Assembly (NCBI GenBank): GCA_003858585.1
Contig: RQZE01000011.1
Span: 31,181-63,180, forward strand
Reading direction: 5' to 3'
Length of the DNA: 32,000 nucleotides
Source of the DNA: Erysipelotrichaceae bacterium OH741_COT-311
GTDB lineage: Bacteria > Bacillota_I > Bacilli_A > Erysipelotrichales > Erysipelotrichaceae
In this document: positions 27,354 to 32,000 of the stretch, piece by piece
How the letters are laid out: every line of letters starts with the position of its first letter
How positions within the stretch are numbered: position 1 is the first letter of the stretch
Notes under the pieces: model-generated
The model's input: the letters and a program-made list of their open reading frames with translations, nothing else
What the model was told of the DNA's origin: nothing
The model's database searches: none
Translations under genes and position numbers: made by a program

Positions 27354-28033
27354 TAATGTGCTAATAAATCTAATAATTCTACTAAACCATTAATGGTATA
27401 AGTACTTTTAATCGCACTATCATTGATACGATTATTTGCCATCCAACAAGAGTCGATTCCATAATCATTCGCCCCTTTAATGTCATTGTTCAGCGAATCT
27501 CCGATGACAAGTGCCTCCTTAGGATTAAACCCGTCAATATTTTGACTTACATAATCAAAAAATTCTTTATGCGGTTTTGGATAACCAATATCTTTTGATG
27601 TAAAGATAGCTTTAAAATAAGGAGTTAATTTGCATAAATTCAAACGATTTCGTTGTGTTTCACTTACCCCATTGGTCACTACATACAAATCATAATGTTT
27701 ACTTAATGTTTCAATCACCTCAAAGGCATGATCCATCAACTGACCACCTTGACTTAAATATTGACGATACTCTTGATCAAACACATAACCATCTACTGCA
27801 TAATCAAACTTACGTAACACAATTTCAAAACGTTTAGATACGACCTCTTCAATCTTTAACTGACCTAATTCGTATTGATTCCATAAATCATGATTTACTT
27901 CTAAATAATATTTAATCACTTCATTGATATTATCAATTTTATGATTTTTAAATAACTTACGTAAACTTACTAATTCATTTGTTTTAAAATCTAAGATGGT
28001 ATCATCCAAATCAAACAATAAATACTTATACAT
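27353..28033 (-). CDS. HAD-superfamily hydrolase, YjjG/YfnB-like nucleotidase subfamily
   Basis: Motif I FDLDDT, motif II VVTNG, K at KPHKEFF, and motif IV GDSLNNDI. Confidence 0.8.
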   Translation of the reverse strand: MYKYLLFDLDDTILDFKTNELVSLRKLFKNHKIDNINEVIKYYLEVNHDLWNQYELGQLKIEEVVSKRFEIVLRKFDYAVDGYVFDQEYRQYLSQGGQLMDHAFEVIETLSKHYDLYVVTNGVSETQRNRLNLCKLTPYFKAIFTSKDIGYPKPHKEFFDYVSQNIDGFNPKEALVIGDSLNNDIKGANDYGIDSCWMANNRINDSAIKSTYTINGLVELLDLLAH

Positions 28034-28484
28034 CTGCCTTCATCCTTAATGCATCTTCATAATGATGTTTATCAACATCCTTAAAAATGTCAAACATCGT
28101 ATAACGTGAATCACTTACAAAGGTACTGTTTGATAAATTTGAAAACATATACTCAGCACAAGTCTTTTCATTTAAATGATATGGTAGTTCACTTGTTTCA
28201 TCATAAATTTGAAAACTACTATACAATGCACCTAATACATAGCTTAACGCTTCTAAGATGACTTCATGTTCAAACTCAATTAAAGAATCTACTAAATCAA
28301 TCTTAAAACTATTACTAACAATGACATCTTTTAGTTTTACTTTTTGATCTTCTAACAACAAATGAGCTTCTAACTTTTTATCCTTCATTTGATACACTAA
28401 CTTAAATTCATTTAACAACTTAACAAATACCGTATTGATATCCTCGTTACGATATTCTTCAATAATACTTACCGGATTTTTCAT
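28026..28484 (-). CDS. Hypothetical acidic cytoplasmic protein (no family recognised)
   Basis: 152-aa ORF with no TM segment or signal peptide. It starts 1 nt after the prmC stop and overlaps the HAD gene start by 8 nt, so it is positioned for translational coupling. Confidence 0.55.
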   Translation of the reverse strand: MKNPVSIIEEYRNEDINTVFVKLLNEFKLVYQMKDKKLEAHLLLEDQKVKLKDVIVSNSFKIDLVDSLIEFEHEVILEALSYVLGALYSSFQIYDETSELPYHLNEKTCAEYMFSNLSNSTFVSDSRYTMFDIFKDVDKHHYEDALRMKADV

Positions 28485-28485
28485 A

Positions 28486-29340
28486 CTATCCCCCTAACTT
28501 TACAATCAACATACGATCTTTACCATTAATATCTTTTAACACTTCAAATGTGCTTTGTGGAAATGTTACCTCTACAAGCTTTGATAAAGCCTCTTTTTGA
28601 TCCCAACCAATTTCAAAAGCTAAAAAGGCTTTGTCTTTAAGAATGAGATGTGCTTTTTCAAAGACTTCACGATAATACTTTAACCCATCACTTCCACCAA
28701 ATAAAGCAACATGCGGTTCAAACTCTTTTACAGACGTTTCTAAGACTTCATCTTGTTTGATATAAGGTGGATTACAAATTAAAACATCTACTTTACAACC
28801 ATTTTCAATCAGTGGATCCAACATATTTCCTAGGTAATATTCTAACTCAACATGGTTTAAGGTTGCATTTTGCTTTGTCACTTCTAAAGCCTCAGCACTA
28901 ATATCACTTGCTAACATCTTAACCTTCGGCTCTTCAGCCGCGACACTAATGGCAATGGCTCCTGAACCACATCCAATATCACAAGCTACTATTTCGTTAT
29001 AATCCTTAAACATATCATCCATGGTCATTAAGATATTAGCAACCAATTCTTCGGTTTCATAGCGAGGAATTAACACATCGCGATTCACTTTAAATTGATA
29101 GCCATAAAACCAAGCATAGCCTAAAACATAATTCATTGGCTCATGGTTTAAAATACGTTTGATCCCGTTTCGAAAAGCATCAAGAATTTCTTGAGGCACT
29201 TCTTTGTCTATGTTGAGATATAAATCATATTGATGTTCATTACAAAGCTCTAAGAGAAATAATTTACACGTTTCCATTGGAATATCACTATCTCTTAGTT
29301 TTTGTTTATACTCTTTGAGTAAATGATTAAAGGTAAGCAT
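28486..29340 (-). CDS. prmC: Peptide chain release factor N5-glutamine methyltransferase
   Basis: 284 aa. SAM motif DIGCGSGAI and catalytic NPPY (ICNPPYI). 1-nt TAATG overlap with prfA. Confidence 0.93.
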   Translation of the reverse strand: MLTFNHLLKEYKQKLRDSDIPMETCKLFLLELCNEHQYDLYLNIDKEVPQEILDAFRNGIKRILNHEPMNYVLGYAWFYGYQFKVNRDVLIPRYETEELVANILMTMDDMFKDYNEIVACDIGCGSGAIAISVAAEEPKVKMLASDISAEALEVTKQNATLNHVELEYYLGNMLDPLIENGCKVDVLICNPPYIKQDEVLETSVKEFEPHVALFGGSDGLKYYREVFEKAHLILKDKAFLAFEIGWDQKEALSKLVEVTFPQSTFEVLKDINGKDRMLIVKLGG

Positions 29341-30413
29341 TATTGCTCACCTAATAAAATCTCTTTCTGTTCATTTTGTAGTAAAGCTTCAATTACATCA
29401 TCCAGTTTTCCTTCTACAATACGATCTAACTGATTAAGTGTTAAACCAATGCGATGATCGGTTACACGGTTTTGTGGATAGTTATAGGTTCTAATCTTTT
29501 CAGAACGATCTCCGGTACCCATCTTTTCACGACGAGCCTTACCTTCTGCTTCCGCTTTTTGACGTTGATATTCTTCATATACACGAGCCTTGATTAACTT
29601 TAACGCTGTTTCACGGTTAGCAATTTGAGAACGACCATCTTGACAGTTTACCGTAATCCCCGTTGGAACATGGACAATACGTACCGCACTATCTGTCTTA
29701 TTGATGTGTTGCCCTCCGGCACCGGAAGCACGATGCGTTTCAATTGTTAATTCCGATTCCGGAATTTCAATATCCGTTTCTTCAACATCCGGAAGAACAA
29801 AAACAACAGCCGTTGATGTATGTACACGTCCTTGTGTTTCCGTCTTTGGTACACGTTGCACACGATGAGCTCCACTTTCAAATTTAAAGTTACGATAAGC
29901 ATCTTCACCCTTTACAATAAAACTAATTAAGGTATATCCTCCAGCTTCTGCTTCACTGGATTCCAACACTTGAACTTTAAACCCTTTATTTTCTGCATAA
30001 TAACTATACATACGGAATAAATCACCCGCAAAGATATTTCCTTCATCACCACCGGCAGCCCCTCGAATTTCCACAATGGCATCGTGGTCATCCACCGGAT
30101 CTCTTGGAATTAATAACACTTCAAGTTTTTCCATCAGCACTTCTTTTTGTGGAAGCAATTCATCCAACTCCATTTGTGCCATTTCTTTTAACTCTATATC
30201 TTGTTCCTGCAACATCGCTTCTGCTTGTTGAATATGACTATCTAAGGCTTTTAACTGTTGAAAAGCTTCATATACTTTACGAAGGGAAGCCTGTTCCTTA
30301 GCAAGTTTTGCCATTAACTTTGGCTGATGAATCACTTCATCACTAATTAATTGATCGTTAATTTCCAAGTAACGATCTTCTACTTTCTGTAAACGAACAT
30401 GTATTGCGTCCAT
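29340..30413 (-). CDS. prfA: Peptide chain release factor 1
   Basis: 357 aa. GGQ motif (SGAGGQHINKT) and a PxT-type tripeptide (VPKTE) in the RF1 position. Confidence 0.97.
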   Translation of the reverse strand: MDAIHVRLQKVEDRYLEINDQLISDEVIHQPKLMAKLAKEQASLRKVYEAFQQLKALDSHIQQAEAMLQEQDIELKEMAQMELDELLPQKEVLMEKLEVLLIPRDPVDDHDAIVEIRGAAGGDEGNIFAGDLFRMYSYYAENKGFKVQVLESSEAEAGGYTLISFIVKGEDAYRNFKFESGAHRVQRVPKTETQGRVHTSTAVVFVLPDVEETDIEIPESELTIETHRASGAGGQHINKTDSAVRIVHVPTGITVNCQDGRSQIANRETALKLIKARVYEEYQRQKAEAEGKARREKMGTGDRSEKIRTYNYPQNRVTDHRIGLTLNQLDRIVEGKLDDVIEALLQNEQKEILLGEQ

Positions 30414-30422
30414 ATATTCCTC

Positions 30423-31019
30423 CTATTTCTGAAATAAACTAGGTTTATTTGGTACCTTATGACAATGGCGACAACTAGCTTCATACGATTCACTGGCACC
30501 CACTAAAATAATAGGCTCATCAAAACTAGCCGGTAAGCCATTTACAATTCTTTGACTTCTTGTAGCCGGTGCTCCACATGTATTACATACCGCAGTAAGC
30601 TTTGTTACAAATTCCGCTTGAGTCATTAACAAAGGCATAATACCAAATGGCTCCCCACGAAAATCCTGATCAAGACCTGCAGCCATTACACGAATCCCTT
30701 TGCGTGCCAAGTAGTCGCATACTTCGACAATTCCTTCATCAAAAAACTGCACTTCATCAATCGCAACCACATCTAAATCTTCATCAATGTAATCTAAAAT
30801 TTTTATAGAATTTTCTACTACTATACTTTCTACACTACTACCTGCATGACTTACAACCAAGGTGTTACTATAACGATTGTCAGTCAAAGGTTTAAACACT
30901 TTAATACGTTTTTTTGCAAATTCTAATACTTTTATACGTCGAATCAACTCTTCTGTCTTACCGGCAAACATACATCCGGTTATGACTTCAACCCATCCTT
31001 GTCGATATGTTTGATACAT
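30423..31019 (-). CDS. tdk: Thymidine kinase
   Basis: P-loop [14 protein letters not shown], and zinc ribbon C.TCG ... CRHCH. Start placed at ATG 31019 (GGGGTGA RBS) rather than 31073. Confidence 0.93.
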   Translation of the reverse strand: MYQTYRQGWVEVITGCMFAGKTEELIRRIKVLEFAKKRIKVFKPLTDNRYSNTLVVSHAGSSVESIVVENSIKILDYIDEDLDVVAIDEVQFFDEGIVEVCDYLARKGIRVMAAGLDQDFRGEPFGIMPLLMTQAEFVTKLTAVCNTCGAPATRSQRIVNGLPASFDEPIILVGASESYEASCRHCHKVPNKPSLFQK

Positions 31020-31044
31020 GATTTCACCCCTATTTTTCCTATTT

Positions 31045-31073
31045 ATTCTATCAATTTTCAGTTGTTTTAACAA
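31045..31073 (-). promoter_or_regulatory. Candidate sigma-A promoter of tdk-prfA-prmC
   Basis: Minus strand: TTGTTA (31073-31068), 17 nt, TAGAAT (31050-31045) with a TGn extended -10 (TGATAGAAT). Confidence 0.55.
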
Positions 31074-31079
31074 TAACCT

Positions 31080-31889
31080 TTATAAATCAAGCAATTCCTT
31101 AATGGCATAACTAATGCCTTCTTCATCATTAGATCTTGTAACGATATTGGCAACTTGCTTAACTTCTTCTTTCGCATTTGCCATTGCTACTCCAACACCG
31201 GCATATTCAATCATCGTTAAATCATTATAACCATCACCAAAGGCAACCACATCTTCTTGTTTTAACCCTAAGATTTTAATCAAACAATCCAAAGAGCTCG
31301 CCTTATCAACATGTAGCGGCATCACTTCAATAAAAAATGCCTCCGAACGATAAATACTTAAAACTTTATGAAATTGCATCTGCAACTCTTTTTCCACCAC
31401 CGCAGCTTTTTCAGGTGGTGCAGTCAATAATAATTTATTTATTGGCTGATGATCTAAATACGATGAAAAATCCTCTACAACACGTAACTCCATAAAATTT
31501 AAACGTTGTTCCAATTCAATATACTCATCAATTCGACGACCGCTTACAATGGTTTGATCCATGTAACTGATAATACCCACATCATTCTTTTGACAATAAT
31601 CATAAATATCTTGGATGTATGCACTTGGAAATAGTGTTTGATTTACTACTTCATTGGTTTTACAATCTACTACCTTAGCTCCATTAAAAGCTAAAAGATA
31701 ACCACCGATTTCATCAAACTTCAATTCTTTTGCAAAAGCTTGTAATCCATTTACCGTACGACCACTAGCCAAAGCTAAATAATTCCTTTTTTTGGCTAAA
31801 GACATCAAAACTTCTTTTGTTTTTTGCGTGATTTGTTTTTGACTTGTTGTCAATGTTCCATCTATATCGAATACAAATAATTTCTTCAT
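31080..31889 (-). CDS. Cof-type HAD-IIB phosphatase
   Basis: FDIDGTLT motif I, ASGR, and GDGYNDLTM motif IV. 269 aa. AAGGAG RBS at 31900-31895. Confidence 0.85.
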   Translation of the reverse strand: MKKLFVFDIDGTLTTSQKQITQKTKEVLMSLAKKRNYLALASGRTVNGLQAFAKELKFDEIGGYLLAFNGAKVVDCKTNEVVNQTLFPSAYIQDIYDYCQKNDVGIISYMDQTIVSGRRIDEYIELEQRLNFMELRVVEDFSSYLDHQPINKLLLTAPPEKAAVVEKELQMQFHKVLSIYRSEAFFIEVMPLHVDKASSLDCLIKILGLKQEDVVAFGDGYNDLTMIEYAGVGVAMANAKEEVKQVANIVTRSNDEEGISYAIKELLDL

Positions 31890-31914
31890 ACATTCTCCTT
31901 AAAATAATAAATAT

Positions 31915-31938
31915 CCACCCGCCTAGCGGGTGGTTTTT
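31915..31938. terminator. GC-rich hairpin (terminator or attenuator) immediately upstream of the Cof-type gene
   Basis: CCACCCGC / CTA / GCGGGTGG followed by T5 on the plus strand. On the minus strand it is followed by AUAUUUAUUAUUUU and then the RBS. Further small hairpins (GGGC/GCCC, GCACA/TGTGC, CTGGC/GCCAG) extend to the window edge. Confidence 0.5.
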
Positions 31939-32000
31939 CATTTTCGGGCTTAGCCCTACTATCACTGGCTGCACACACGTGTGCTTTTATCGCCTGCCAG

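Noticed and set aside
31765-31974. 69-aa minus-strand ORF overlapping the Cof-type gene start and the upstream hairpin.
   Set aside because: It is out of frame with the well-supported Cof-type CDS (FDIDGTLT N-terminus with AAGGAG RBS). It reads straight through a GC-rich hairpin and the RBS, so it is most likely non-coding leader.

Overview
AT-rich chromosomal segment that uses the standard genetic code (TGA is a stop, e.g. at folD). It comes from a low-GC Gram-positive bacterium (Bacillota); the exact taxon cannot be determined from this window. Coding is dense and mostly on the minus strand. I saw no rRNA or tRNA genes, CRISPR arrays, transposases or integrases.

Housekeeping blocks:
- tsaC(partial)-DUF951-folD-small membrane ORF-dtd
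- rarA, convergent with a HI0933/BaiN-type flavoprotein
- tilS-hpt-ftsH-hslO-dusB ... lysS
- ychF
- tdk-prfA-prmC

Accessory or less ordinary content:
1. A 1421-aa wall-associated rod protein (4861-9126). It has about 12 SpaA/Cna-B-type domains, a (PNPQ)n stalk encoded by a perfect 12-bp tandem repeat, and a non-canonical sorting-signal position (IAKTR instead of LPxTG). It is transcribed divergently from a secreted Ig-like+CAP protein and a triple-PepSY lipoprotein.
2. Four tandem paralogous small lipoprotein genes (16369-18205) between dusB and lysS. They run straight into a well-formed T-box leader with an apparent AAG (Lys) specifier in front of class II lysS.
3. A tightly coupled mixed operon, yitT-GH25 muramidase-PfkB kinase-yaaA.
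4. A divergent P-type ATPase.
5. An orphan acidic ORF coupled to prmC.
6. A GC-rich hairpin leader directly upstream of a Cof-type phosphatase at the right edge.

I found no recognisable defence, toxin or mobile system. The lipoprotein array plus the Lys T-box is the best candidate for something under-described. All family assignments are motif recognition by eye, not database searches.
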